From assembly GCA_963848155.1 (NCBI GenBank), contig CAWKCL010000006.1, positions 595,528 through 659,527 on the forward strand: a stretch of DNA of 64,000 nucleotides, in the 5' to 3' direction. The notes beneath the pieces were generated by a model. The model had not been told where the DNA came from. It did no database searches and saw only the letters and a program-made list of their open reading frames with translations. A program made the translations under genes and the position numbers. Origin of the DNA: an uncultured delta proteobacterium (GTDB lineage: Bacteria; Desulfobacterota; Zymogenia; Zymogenales; Zymogenaceae). Position 1 is the stretch's first letter; every line of letters begins with the position of its first letter. Below are positions 18,816-29,515 of the stretch, in pieces.

Positions 18816-20348
18816 ATGAGCAAGGCTATTGTCGTTGGGTCAGGACTGGCGGGGCTCGCCACCGCCGCCTATCTCGCGCGGGCCGGGTATGCCGTCACCG
18901 TCTATGAGCAGTCCGACACCGTCGGCGGCGTCACCCGGACCGTCGCCCGGGACGGTTTCCAGTGGGATATCGGCCCCCTCGGGATCGAGGGGATGTTCCC
19001 CGGCGAGCCGGGGGGCATCGTCGTCTCGGAGCTGGGCTGCGCCGACCGGATACCGCTGGTGCCGATGGACCGGAGCGTCTCGTTTCCCGACTTTGAGGTC
19101 TTCCGGCCCCGGACCTACGGGGGGCCCGCCTGGCGCACGGACCGTCTCAAGCAGATCTTCCCCGAAGAGGCCGCGGCCATCGACCGATTCCAGGGGCTCA
19201 TCGATACGATCACCGATCTCGTGGCGCTTGAGCGCAGGTCCGCCGTTACCGACGGTCTGCCCTCGGCCCTCCTGAAGGCGGCAATGCTCGCCAAGTACCT
19301 CCCCATCAAGAAATACGAGACCTGGTCGGCCGACCGCCTGATGAATCATTACTTCAAAGACGAGAAGCTCAAGGCCTTTTATGCCGGGATTCTGGCCGAC
19401 CTCGCGGTCAAGCCTTCGGAATTCATCGGCCTGGGGCTCGGCTTTTTCAACATGGATTGCTTCATGGACGGCCGCATCCCGTCCACGAGGGTCCTGGGGC
19501 TTGCCCCGCGCCTCTCCTACGGGATCGTCACCGGGGGGACGAAGAACCTGTCCGGCCCGATCGCAGACACGCTGAAACAGCACGGCGGTACGATCGTCAC
19601 AAAGTCCCCGGTGCGCCGTATCCTGACCGAGAATGAGCGCGCCGTCGGCGTCGAGCTAACCGACGGCAGCGTCAAAAAGGCCGACCTCGTGCTCGTCTCC
19701 GGGGGGGCGCGGGAGTGCTTCTTCGGCATGGTCGGCAAAGACCGGCTGCCTTCGGATTTTACCGCCAAGATCGAGGCGATACGCTACATGGAGTCGGTAT
19801 TCATGGTCCAGGTCGGCACCGGCCAGGACGTGACGGCCCACCAGGACCGCCCCCTCGTCTACTATTACGGCACCTACGACATCGAGCACTCCGTTGAGGA
19901 GCTGCGCGAGGGGCGCTACCACGAGGGGGGCGACGGCTTTCTGATCTTCATTAACTCGATGGTATCTCCCGGTATGGCGCCGAAGGGCAAGCACTCGGTG
20001 ACCGTCTACACGGTAGCACCCAACCGGCTTTCGGGCGGCTGGGAAGACCGCCGCGAGGAGATGACCAAAAAGCTGCTGGACTACGCGGAGCGGCGGATAC
20101 CGGGCCTGAGGAAAAACGCCGACCTCATCTGGTCACTCACCCCCGACGATTTCAAGAAGATCGTCCACACCCCGCAGCACCACTCCTTCGGGGGGATCTG
20201 CCCGGTGATGGGGCACCCCGGCGCGCCCCATCAAACGCCCTACCGGGGCCTCTGGTTTATCGGGAGCCAGAGCGAGTCGGGCGCGGGCATGCTCAGCCAG
20301 CTGGTATCGGCGCGCAAGGTGGCAAAGATGGTTCAGAAAGAGCGATAA
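18816..20348 (+). CDS. Phytoene desaturase (CrtI)/retinol-saturase-like FAD oxidoreductase
   Basis: VVGSGLAGL Rossmann motif, VGG...GFQWDIG, MAPKGKH, LTPDDF. Confidence 0.85.
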   Translation: MSKAIVVGSGLAGLATAAYLARAGYAVTVYEQSDTVGGVTRTVARDGFQWDIGPLGIEGMFPGEPGGIVVSELGCADRIPLVPMDRSVSFPDFEVFRPRTYGGPAWRTDRLKQIFPEEAAAIDRFQGLIDTITDLVALERRSAVTDGLPSALLKAAMLAKYLPIKKYETWSADRLMNHYFKDEKLKAFYAGILADLAVKPSEFIGLGLGFFNMDCFMDGRIPSTRVLGLAPRLSYGIVTGGTKNLSGPIADTLKQHGGTIVTKSPVRRILTENERAVGVELTDGSVKKADLVLVSGGARECFFGMVGKDRLPSDFTAKIEAIRYMESVFMVQVGTGQDVTAHQDRPLVYYYGTYDIEHSVEELREGRYHEGGDGFLIFINSMVSPGMAPKGKHSVTVYTVAPNRLSGGWEDRREEMTKKLLDYAERRIPGLRKNADLIWSLTPDDFKKIVHTPQHHSFGGICPVMGHPGAPHQTPYRGLWFIGSQSESGAGMLSQLVSARKVAKMVQKER

Positions 20349-20435
20349 GCCGCCCCGCGATTTATAACAGGTAAGGCGTTGGAACCCGTACGGACGCAAT
20401 GCGTTGTGACCGTACGATACGGGGAAAGCGCCCCC

Positions 20436-21227
20436 CTACTTCCCCTCGAACTTCGCCGCTCTCTTCTGGAGCTTGGCCGTTACCCCTTCCTTGGCGTCGT
20501 CGGTGTTGCAGACAAGCGTCTGGCCGATCGCCTCGAGCTCCAGGAACGTCCGCGTATCCAGGTGGCGGCCGCACCGGACGAGCTTCTTGACCATCCCCAC
20601 GGCCAGCGGCCCGTTTTTGGTGATCTCGCGGGCGAGCTTCAGCGCCCCTTCGGTCGCATCGTCAACGACGCGGTTGACCAGCCCGATCTCTCGACGCCCT
20701 GTCGGCGTCGATCGTGCCGGCCGTCATGATCAGCTCCTTGGCAAACGACGGCCCCACCAGCGCGGTGAGCCGGGCGATCCCCCCCATGTCCGGGATGAAG
20801 CCAAGGGCCGTCTCCTGGATGCCGATCTTCGTCCCCGCCTGGGCCACCCGGAAATCGCCGGCAAGCACCACCTCCAGCGCCGCCCCGAAGCAGTAGCCGT
20901 GCAGCGCGAAGATGACCGGTTTTTCCACGTCCTCGATAAGGTTCATGATTTCCTGGCCTTCCCTGTATTTTCATGCGGACGAAGTCCTGGGCCCCCCCGA
21001 TGATGCCCATCCCCGCCAGGAAATTGAAATCGATGCCGGACGAGAATCCCTTGCCGGCGCCCCGAACGATGATCGCCCGCACCGCCGGGATCGATGGCTA
21101 TCCCGAAAACGGCGTCCCTTATGCCGTGGTAGACCTCCCCGCTGATGGCGTTCCTCTTTTCATCCCGGTTGATGGTGATAACGCAGATTTCTCCTTCTCT
21201 TTCCGACAGAACGACTGGCGACGACAT
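20436..21227 (-). CDS. Enoyl-CoA hydratase/isomerase (several frameshifts)
   Basis: Fragments INRDEKRNAI, FSSGID, KPVIFALHGYCFGAALE, ETALGFIPDMGG; last frame ends AKFEGK*. Confidence 0.85.
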
Positions 21228-21304
21228 GGGGTTTCTCCTTTACCACGAGTGCAGAAACATGAGAGATAGAGGGTTCTATTACAGCAGCGGCCAACTGCGC
21301 CTAT

Positions 21305-21344
21305 ACGGTAGAGTACTATACCGTCCAATGACCCTGCTTGTCAA
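21305..21344 (-). promoter_or_regulatory. Sigma70-like promoter of the enoyl-CoA hydratase gene with a 20-bp palindrome over the -10
   Basis: TTGACA-18-TATAGT on minus strand; ACGGTAGAGTACTATACCGT is 18/20 self-complementary. Confidence 0.55.
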
Positions 21345-21399
21345 CAGCTGCCCTGAATAGACGATGTTCCTTCCGATCACCGGAATCTTTCGGAGGGGA

Positions 21400-21468
21400 T
21401 CACCACAAAGGCACTAAGGCACAAAGAAGGCTGTATATCTCCTTCGTGTTTTTGTGTCTTCGTGGTGA
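21400..21468. repeat. Imperfect palindromic element with internal 9-bp periodicity
   Basis: TCACCACAAAGGCACTAAGGCACAAAG...CTTCGTGTTTTTGTGTCTTCGTGGTGA. Confidence 0.7.
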
Positions 21469-21480
21469 ATTTTCTTCCTG

Positions 21481-22440
21481 TCATTCCAGCAGCGAGAGCT
21501 GCCGGCCCGTTCTCCCCGGTTCTGCCGCCGTCAATCCCCAATCCCTCGACGCACGATCCGCCTTCCATTTCCGGGTTCTTGCACGAGCAGATCGAGAGCG
21601 CCACTCCGTGCCGGTCGGCGGCCTCGCGCGCCCGTTCATAACCCCGGCGCCTGACTTCGGCAGGTACCAGCTTGGTCTTCGTGGAGGCCCCCACCGTTTT
21701 AAACACGGCCCCCCGAAACATCCCCTCGACCAGCTCCGACGAAAAACCGTCAAGCTCCCGCCTCACCTGCGCCTCGACTGCCGGCCGCAGGTGGAGGTAG
21801 CTTATCATCGCCCGCCGCACCCCACGCGCCGCCAGCTCCCGAAACAGGTCGTCAAACGAGGCCTTCGCGTCGGTCACGAACGGGATCACCGGGTCGATCC
21901 TCGCCTCGGGGACGATCCCGGCCGAGGCCAGCCGCTCGATGTTGGCAAGGCGTTCGCCCGGCGTTGCCGCGCCGCGGCTCGAACCGCTGTTGATATCGGG
22001 GATCAAGGCTGACCATCCCGATCCGGACAAAGACAAGGCCGGGGTGGCGGGACGCGGCCTCCAGAAAACGCCGCGGGATCACCCCCTTGGTGAGGAGCGA
22101 GACCGCGATCCCGCGATCCAGCAGGATCTCCATGAGCCTGACCGAGGTATTGATGATGTCGGGGTGTGGCTGAAAGGAATCCGAGGCGGTGTTGAAGAGA
22201 ACCAGCGCGCGGCTGCCGCCGTTTATTCCGTAGTTCCTCCGTGAGTTTTTGGGCGAGGTTACTGAAGAGGACGACGCGGTGCGCCCCCGGAGCGCCCGGG
22301 TAGCCGCGGGCGTAGCAGTAGACGCAGCCCAGCAGGCACCCGATCGTTACGTTTACCGAGGGGATGCCGGCAAGGCACCCGAAGGTGCCCGCCCTGAGGA
22401 CGGGGGTCTTTCTCTGGCGGGATAGGATGCTGCAGTCCAC
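21481..22440 (-). CDS. Radical SAM protein, spore-photoproduct-lyase-like family (frameshifted)
   Basis: GCLLGCVYCYARGY CxxxCxxC, LLTKG, RIDPVIPFVTD; likely C-terminus RQLSLLE*. Confidence 0.82.
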
Positions 22441-22673
22441 CGTTACTCGACCGCGATAACCGGTGAAGGCGGCCGCTCCGCCGCCCGATTGATTACATTC
22501 AGCCAACAGGAATCTATGAGGATGCCGATACGGGAGCTCTTTATTCTTTACCGGAAGGTCTCTTGTTGAGGGAGCCGTCGGCCCGGGGCCGTACCGGCCT
22601 AACGGGGAGCCGATGAGAAAAGGGAATCCCTGACGGGTTAACCGTCGTTGGCCGCCTGACTGGATCACCGGGA

Positions 22674-22925
22674 TTACCGGTTCGTGGACCCCTTGTCCTT
22701 TTCGCTGTTATAATAGAGGAGGTTCTTGAAATCCTCCTGGCACGTGGACAGGTCGCCTTGAAGCTTCTGTATTTCCTTTTCCAGCTCCGTGACCTTGGTC
22801 TGAAGCTCCTGGTTCTCCTTGGTCTTCTGTTCCAGCTGCTCCCTGGTGCTCGGGCCGCATCCCGAGGTCAAAAGAAGGCCCGCCGCGAACAATATGGCGA
22901 CAGCGACCAAAACAGCCCTTTTCAT
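22674..22925 (-). CDS. Small coiled-coil lipoprotein
   Basis: GAGGAG RBS, MKR + hydrophobic core + TSGC lipobox, heptad-rich body. Confidence 0.75.
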   Translation of the reverse strand: MKRAVLVAVAILFAAGLLLTSGCGPSTREQLEQKTKENQELQTKVTELEKEIQKLQGDLSTCQEDFKNLLYYNSEKDKGSTNR

Positions 22926-23014
22926 AGAGTACTCCTCATAATCCCTTGGAGAATAAGTATCTCTTTTTACGGATAAAGTCAAACTTTTTATTGACTTGAC
23001 TATCGCCTAAAGCT

Positions 23015-23620
23015 ATGATTCGTTTCATGAAAAAGTACCTGCCCCCGTTGACCCTCGGCCTGTTATGCGTCGCCGGGGTCTTTCTTCTCTCGTTCACCGA
23101 TCTTCCGGCCTATCCCTACGAAGGCGCCTCTCGGTGTTCGCTGTGCCACTCCACGGTGGAAATCGGCAATCAATACGATACGTGGTTTTCGTCCGCCCAC
23201 AGGCGCGCCTTGAGCGACCTTTCCTCCGAAAAGGGGATAGCCATCGCCAAAGAAAAGGGGGTCGCAAAACCCGCCCGCGATCCGAAGTGCCTTTCGTGCC
23301 ACCTGACCGGCTACGATACGCCCTTTAACCTTCTCGGCCCGCTCTACCGAAGGGAAGACGGGGTAAGCTGCGAAGCATGCCACGGGGCGGGCGGAGGCTA
23401 TGCCTTCTTCTCGATCATGTACGATAAAACAAAGGCCGTTTCGAAGGGCCTTGTCGCCAATCCCGGCGAGACCTGCGCGCGTTGCCACGACGGCAAGGCC
23501 CACGTAATGCCCCCGTTTGACCCCGACCAGGCAAACAAGACAATCGCGCATCCCATCCCCGGGCGAGGTCAACGCCAGGTGAAACCCGCGCGGCCGGCCG
23601 CTATACTGCCGTATGAATAA
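23015..23620 (+). CDS. Tetraheme c-type cytochrome (c554-like)
   Basis: Signal peptide; CSLCH, CLSCH, CEACH (GVSCEACHG), CARCH. Confidence 0.9.
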   Translation: MIRFMKKYLPPLTLGLLCVAGVFLLSFTDLPAYPYEGASRCSLCHSTVEIGNQYDTWFSSAHRRALSDLSSEKGIAIAKEKGVAKPARDPKCLSCHLTGYDTPFNLLGPLYRREDGVSCEACHGAGGGYAFFSIMYDKTKAVSKGLVANPGETCARCHDGKAHVMPPFDPDQANKTIAHPIPGRGQRQVKPARPAAILPYE

Positions 23621-23626
23621 ACGACG

Positions 23627-24558
23627 ATGATCAAGAAATTCGATATCAAGAAGCTCCTCAAGAGAAAAGAGATCAGCATCCCCCTCGGGTTTATCGCCGC
23701 GGGGCTGATTGCCACGGTATCGTGGCTGGTCTTTACCTACGGTACGGTACGGACGGAAAACGCCAAGATCGACGGCGATATTATCTACATTTCCAGCGAT
23801 ACGGCCGGTTTCGTGGCGAAACTCCCGAAATCCGAGTTCAACGAGGTCTCTATCGGCGAGACCGTCGCCGAGATCAATCCGCTCCTGGGCACCGCGGAGC
23901 GGCTCAAGGGCTCCGAGAACCTCTCGGCCTTCTCGACGCTTGCCGGTATGAAAAAGGAGATCGAGAACCTCAGCGATAAGCTGGTCCTTGCCGAAAAGAA
24001 CTACGCCCGCAAGAAGGCCCTCTTCGAGACCGGGGGGGTGCCCCGCCAGGAGCTGGACGCCGAGGCGACGTCGCTTTCTATCCTCCGCGCCCAGGTCGAT
24101 TCCGCCAGGGACCTCTACGACATGGCCAAGCAACATCCTTGCGGTGACCGAGGCCGATACCCCCTACATCCCGCTGAAATCTCCCATCAACGGGCGGTTC
24201 GCGAAGAAGCTTGCCGACCTGGGGGAGATCGTCACGGCCGGGCAGCCGGTCTGCGCGCTCGTCGATCCGAATAACGTCTGGGTGACGGCGAAGATAAACG
24301 AAGACGAAGTGGCCGACATTGCGGTTAGGGCAGCCCGTGAAGATTATCGTGGATACCTACCCGGGGGAGGTCTTCAGGGGAGAGGTCATCGACATCGGGG
24401 TTGCCGCCACCGCCGTTTTTTCCCTCATCCCCCAGGATAATGTCTCGGGAAGCTTCATCAAGGTGACCCAGACCATACCGGTCCGGATATCGATCGACAC
24501 GAAGGGATTTATCCTCAGGCCGGGATCAAACGTAGCCGTTACTATCTACACGAAGTGA
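23627..24558 (+). CDS. emrA: EmrA/HlyD-family efflux adaptor (two frameshifts)
   Basis: TENAKIDG, LKSPING, WVTAKINE, FSLIPQDNVSGSFIKVTQTIPVRI. Confidence 0.85.
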
Positions 24559-26181
24559 CCACCACGACTCAAAATCCGACGAATAACGACGAGAACTCCT
24601 TCTATAAATGGGAGGTCCTGGCCCTGGCCATCCTCGGCTCGTTCATGGCCATCCTGGACAGCTCTATCGTCAACGTTGCGCTTTCCCACCTGATGGTCAC
24701 CTTTTCGGCCAACCTCGAGCAGATCGAATGGGTTTCGACCGGATACATGCTGGCCTTTGCGATCCTGATGCCGGCGACCACCTGGTTTCGGGACGCCATC
24801 GGCCTCAGGAACGCGTTTGCGCTGGCCCTCGTCGTATTTACGATCGGTTCGGCCCTCTGCGGCCTGGCGTGGAGCCTCGATTCCCTGATCTTCTTTCGGG
24901 TCATCCAGGCGGTCGGCGGGGGCGCGCTCATGCCCACCGGACTCACGATGGTCAGCGAGGTCTTTCCCCCGAGCCAGCGGGGAATGGCGCTCGGCGTATG
25001 GGGCGCCGGGGCCACCATTGCGCCGGCGCTGGGCCCCACCATCGGCGGCTATCTCCTGGACTACGTGAACTGGCGCGCGATATTTTATATCAATATACCG
25101 ATCGGCGCCGTCGTCATCGCCCTGACGCTGGCCCTCATGCGCCGCAGCACCGGTCACCGGGGGAGCTACCGGTTTGACTTTTTAGGGTTTTTCTTCCTGT
25201 CCGTCGCCCTGGCGGGGCTTCTCACCGGGTTGACCCAGGGGGAGCGGGAAGGGTGGGGCTCCACCTATATCCTGACGCTGTTTGCGGTCTCTTACTTTTC
25301 CTTCATGATTTTCCTGATCGTCGAATCGATAGTGGAACACCCGATCGTCAACCTTCAGATCTTCAAGATACGCAATTTTTCGATCACCTGCATACTGGGG
25401 ACCATACGGTCGATCGCGCTCTTTTCCTCGGTGTTCCTCCTGCCGCTGTTTCTCCAGCAGTTGCTCGGGTACTCGGCCTTAGATACCGGCTTACTGATGA
25501 TGCCCTCGGCGCTGGCGGTCGCCCTCGCGATGCCGATAGCCGGTAACCTCACCGACCGTATCGGCCCGAAGATACCCTATATCATCGGGGGGATCATCAC
25601 CGCCTATTCATTCTTTCTCTACAGCGAGCTCTCCCTCAACTCGTCCCGCGGCTTTATGCTCTACGGGCTCATCCTGCGGGGGGCGGGTATGGGCTTTCTC
25701 ATGGCGCCCATAACCGTGGCCGCTATGAACTCGGTGCCCGCAGAAGATGATGAGCCTGGCCTCGGGTCTCCTCAACCTGATCATGCAGGTCTCCGCGGCC
25801 CTCGGGATCGCGGTCTTCGGGGCCTTCCTCACCCGCAGGCGTATGTTCCACCAGCAGACCTACTTGAGCTACTTCACGCCGGACAACACCCCGCTGAACC
25901 TGCTGGTGGCCAAGATCAAGAGCGCCCTCGTCCTTTCCGGCAGCACGCTCGACAGCGTCACCACGAAGGCCTATTATATTGTCGCCACCCATCTCCAGAA
26001 ATGGGCCTCCTCCAATGCATTCGATGACTGCTTCCTCGTCTCGGGGATCATTATCTTCGTCTTTTCCTTTCTCGTCTTCCTGCTGGAGGATATCTACCCG
26101 AAAAAGGGGATCTTCGGCCGCTTCAAGTCCGCGGGTAAGCTCACCCATGAGCACTACAAGCCGGGGCCAGGGGCGGAATAG
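24555..26181 (+). CDS. emrB: EmrB/QacA DHA2-family MFS efflux permease (frameshift near 25745)
   Basis: FMAILDSSIVNVAL, FRVIQAVGGG, GPTIGG, WRAIFYINIPIG; GTGA overlap with emrA. Confidence 0.9.
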
Positions 26182-26265
26182 GGCGGTTCGCCGGAGATGG
26201 CTCGGTGGCGAATGTGGCTGTTTTCGCTGGGGAAGCCGCCTTGCCGGACGCCTGAAACCGATAAT

Positions 26266-26297
26266 AAAAAAGCCCCACCATAATGGTGGGGCTTTTT
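26266..26297. terminator. Bidirectional terminator
   Basis: AAAAAAGCCCCACCA-TAA-TGGTGGGGCTTTTT between convergent genes. Confidence 0.88.
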
Positions 26298-26318
26298 CGC
26301 CTTTCTTTTAACGAAGAT

Positions 26319-29300
26319 CTACGCCCTCTTCCCCTGCAGGTAATCGATCATCGGGCCGGTACACCAGCGGCACCACGTCCCCGATCATGTGGGGCATGAG
26401 GTTATCCATGACCTTGGGCATCAGTTCCGGCATCTGCTCCAGCATGTAGTCGGGCATCGGGATCTTGTCGGCCACGCGCGAGAGCATCGTCGGCATGACC
26501 TTGGGCATCATCATCGGAAGCAGGATCGGAAAGAGCACCGGGAACATCGGCTTCATGAGGTTGAGCGCACCCGGGATCTTTCCCATGACGCGCATCATCG
26601 GTCCCATGCCCAGCGGCATGGCGTCTACCAATTCCTTGAACATCGTGCCCATCAGGTCGGCGAATCCCTGGGGCGTCATCAGCGCGATCATCGCCTCGAA
26701 GACCGCCCATTGTCTTTTTACCTCCGGGTTCGGATCGGGAAAGTCATACCCGAGCGCCTCCGACGAGTAGCGCGCCAGGTCCACGACCTCCACGGGGAGC
26801 TTCTTCTTGTCTGCCGATACCCTGAGCTGGAACTCGCAGCAGGGGCACAGCGCCACGATCTTTTCCGCGCCGACCTCCAGGGCCTCCTCGATGCGGGTCT
26901 TGCCGATTTCGGCCGCGATCGGCGGGTCCTTGATGAGGGTCAGCACGCTCCCGCAGCAGTGGGCCTCGTCCCGGTTGAACGGCATCTCCACGAAATCGGC
27001 GTTGGGGTTGGCCTTGATGAGGTCGCGCGGCGCTTCGTATACGCCCGAGACGCGCCCGATATGGCACGAGTCGTGCCAGGTGACCTTTTCCTTCTTCTTC
27101 CCGTTGGCGGGGAAGGTGAATTTACCCGACTTGATCTTTTCGGAGACGACCTCGCTGTAGTGCTTTGCCGTGATCCCGAATTCGATGCCGAGCTTCTCTG
27201 CCCACTCGGGGTAGGTGTGCCGCCACATCATGTCGCAGGCGGGGCACGAGCTGATGACCGTATCGGCCCCCGCGGCCTTTACGGCGGCGATGTTCTTCTT
27301 CATCGTCTCGGCAAAGACCTCCCACTTGCCGGCCACCAGCATCGGCGTCCCGCAGCAGTTTTCCTTGTTGCCGACGGTGACGAAATCGACCCCCGCCTTA
27401 TCCAGGAGCCGGACGCGATGCCATCGCGATATCGTGCTCGACGTAGCTCGCGGTGCAGCCGGCAAAATAGACCGCCTTGGCCTTCTTGCCCGGCCCATGT
27501 TTCTCGGCGAGGTCCTTGGGGAACCAGTCCCACCGGTTCTTGCGGTAGCCCGGCCCAGATATCCCCCTCCTTGGTGAGGGCCGCGGCCATCATCTCGAAG
27601 GGCGGGAACGTCATCTTCTTTTCTTCGTGGATGAGCTTTCCGCGCAGCTTCATCCAGGACGGCTCGATGGGCAGCGCCGCCGAGCAGCGCAGGTTACAGA
27701 GCTCGCAGGTCGTGCAGACCAGGAAGGTATCCACCACGGCCTGGTTCCACTCCTCTCTGCCCTCCATGTATTCCCGCAGCCAGTACCACTTGCCGCGCGG
27801 GGACTGGCTCTCCCAGCCGCGGCCGTAGAACTGGTCGCATTCCTCGACGCAGTAGCCGCACTGGGAGCAGCCGTAGGCGTACCACGCCACGTCGGCCGGG
27901 ATGTCCCGTATGGGTTCGGTCGGACGCTCGCCGATTTTGGTGATGATGTAGTTGCCCAACGGTCTGCCGAACGGCTCCAGGAGTTTCGCCGCCCCCATGA
28001 CCATGCCCAGAAAGCCGTTATCGACCACCTTGTGGGGATTGAGGATACCTCGCGGGTCGTTCTTCTTCTTGAGCTCCTTGATTCGCTCAACCCGCTCTTT
28101 GCCCAGCACTTCCTTGGCCTTCTTGGCAAAATAGAGGCCCGTTGCGTATGCCCGTCCCCCGTGCCGCTCGGCGATATTAATGACGGTCATCGCCAGCGTG
28201 AAGACGAGATTATAGCTGAATTTCCTTTGGTCGGCGGGAATAAAGCCCAGGATGACGACCTCGGGCTTGCCGTTCTTCCCCTGTTGAACGACGACGCCTT
28301 CCTTGACGATCGGCTGGTTTACCTTATGCTCGATCTCCTCCATGACCGCCCCGAGCTCGGAAAGCGGGATGACGATCTCCGTCGGTATGAGGCTTGGGCC
28401 GAGCCGTTTGACGACCATCAGCTTGAACCGGTTTTTCCATTCGTGCTGCGCTACCCGATCGCTGAGGATTTCGCCCTCGCACGGCTTTATCAGCTCCGTG
28501 ATCTTTCCCTTCACGGCGCCGGCGTCTTTTTCCCGATAGGCGATCGTGATGATGTAGGACGCCGGCAGCAGCACCCGCTCTTCGGCCGGGTGGCCGTGCT
28601 GCTCGATAAGGGGGGCGCGGTTCTTCATCTCGGCCATTCGCGGGTTGATGAACATGAGCGACCAGATCGGCAGCTTGGCCGATATCATCGACTCGATGAG
28701 TTTTTGCGTGTTAAGGCGAATCGGGGCAGCCGATAGCGACGACCGCGAGCTTCTCGTCTTTCATCGTCTTGATCGTGAGCGTCGGAGATCAGCCCGGTGA
28801 TCCCCTCGGCCTCGGATATCAGCTCGATGTCTTTGCCGGAGAATTCCTTTACCGTCCCGTCGGCAAGCACTACGCGGGCCGAAACGACGTTGTCGACAAA
28901 CCAGCCCGACTCAAACGAGCCGATCCCCGTGCCGCCCTGGGCCAGCCACCCGCCGACGGTGGAGCCGGGGTAGCTTGAGGGATAGAGGTTGACGGTGAGG
29001 CCCTCCTTTTTGAGCGCCCGGTCGATCTTTTCCCAGACGATGCCCGCCTGGGCGGTGACCGTCTGCTTTGCCTTGTCGATGGCGATGACCTTATTCATTC
29101 GGAAGAAATCAACGACGACCCCCCCCTTTACCGGCAGGACGCCCCCGTACCCGGACGAGGCCTTGCCCCGCGGGGTCAGCGGTATCCTGTTTTCGTTGGC
29201 CCACCTCACCAGCGCGACCAGCTCCTTTTCCGTCTCGGGCTGGACGACCGCTTCCGGCACCGTGGACCCGATGACCGGCTTCATAATCGCGGGCATCGCG

Positions 29301-29404
29301 GCGATGTCGTGCCCGTAGAGCTTTCGCTCCATCCTGTCAAACGTGACGCGGCCGCCGAACGTCCCCTCGAGGAACGACCGCTCGGCCTTTCTCAATGCTC
29401 CCAT
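26319..29404 (-). CDS. Large FAD-binding / 4Fe-4S / CCG-domain oxidoreductase (GlcD+GlcF-like fusion) with Met-rich tail; three or more frameshifts
   Basis: FAD domain (PRG..S.YGG, STVGGW, SEAEGITG, ILNP), CSQCGYCVEEC, CTTCELCNLRC, ENCCG, SSCPAC, WHDSCH, HCCG, CPCC. Confidence 0.88.
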
Positions 29405-29470
29405 ATATCCTCCCTGACCTGCTTTTTTTTGATTAGTATGTTAGAATAGAATGAACTGCCGATATGATAT

Positions 29471-29515
29471 ATACTTGACTAATTTAGTATACTATTTCTC
29501 ACCCCCTTATGTCAA
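29471..29515 (-). promoter_or_regulatory. Promoter of the FAD/Fe-S oxidoreductase gene with an overlapping IscR/Rrf2-type box
   Basis: Minus strand TTGACA-18-TATACT; ATACTTGACTAATTTAGTATACTAT (29471-29495) matches 23/25 positions of ATASYYGACTRWWWYAGTCRRSTAT. Confidence 0.6.

Noticed and set aside
22441-22673. Structured-looking leader with AAAAGGGAATCC (cobalamin riboswitch or 6S RNA?)
   Set aside because: No following GGTG/AATCC/GCCCCCGC or B12 box, and no convincing long rod fold by eye; an Rfam scan would settle it.
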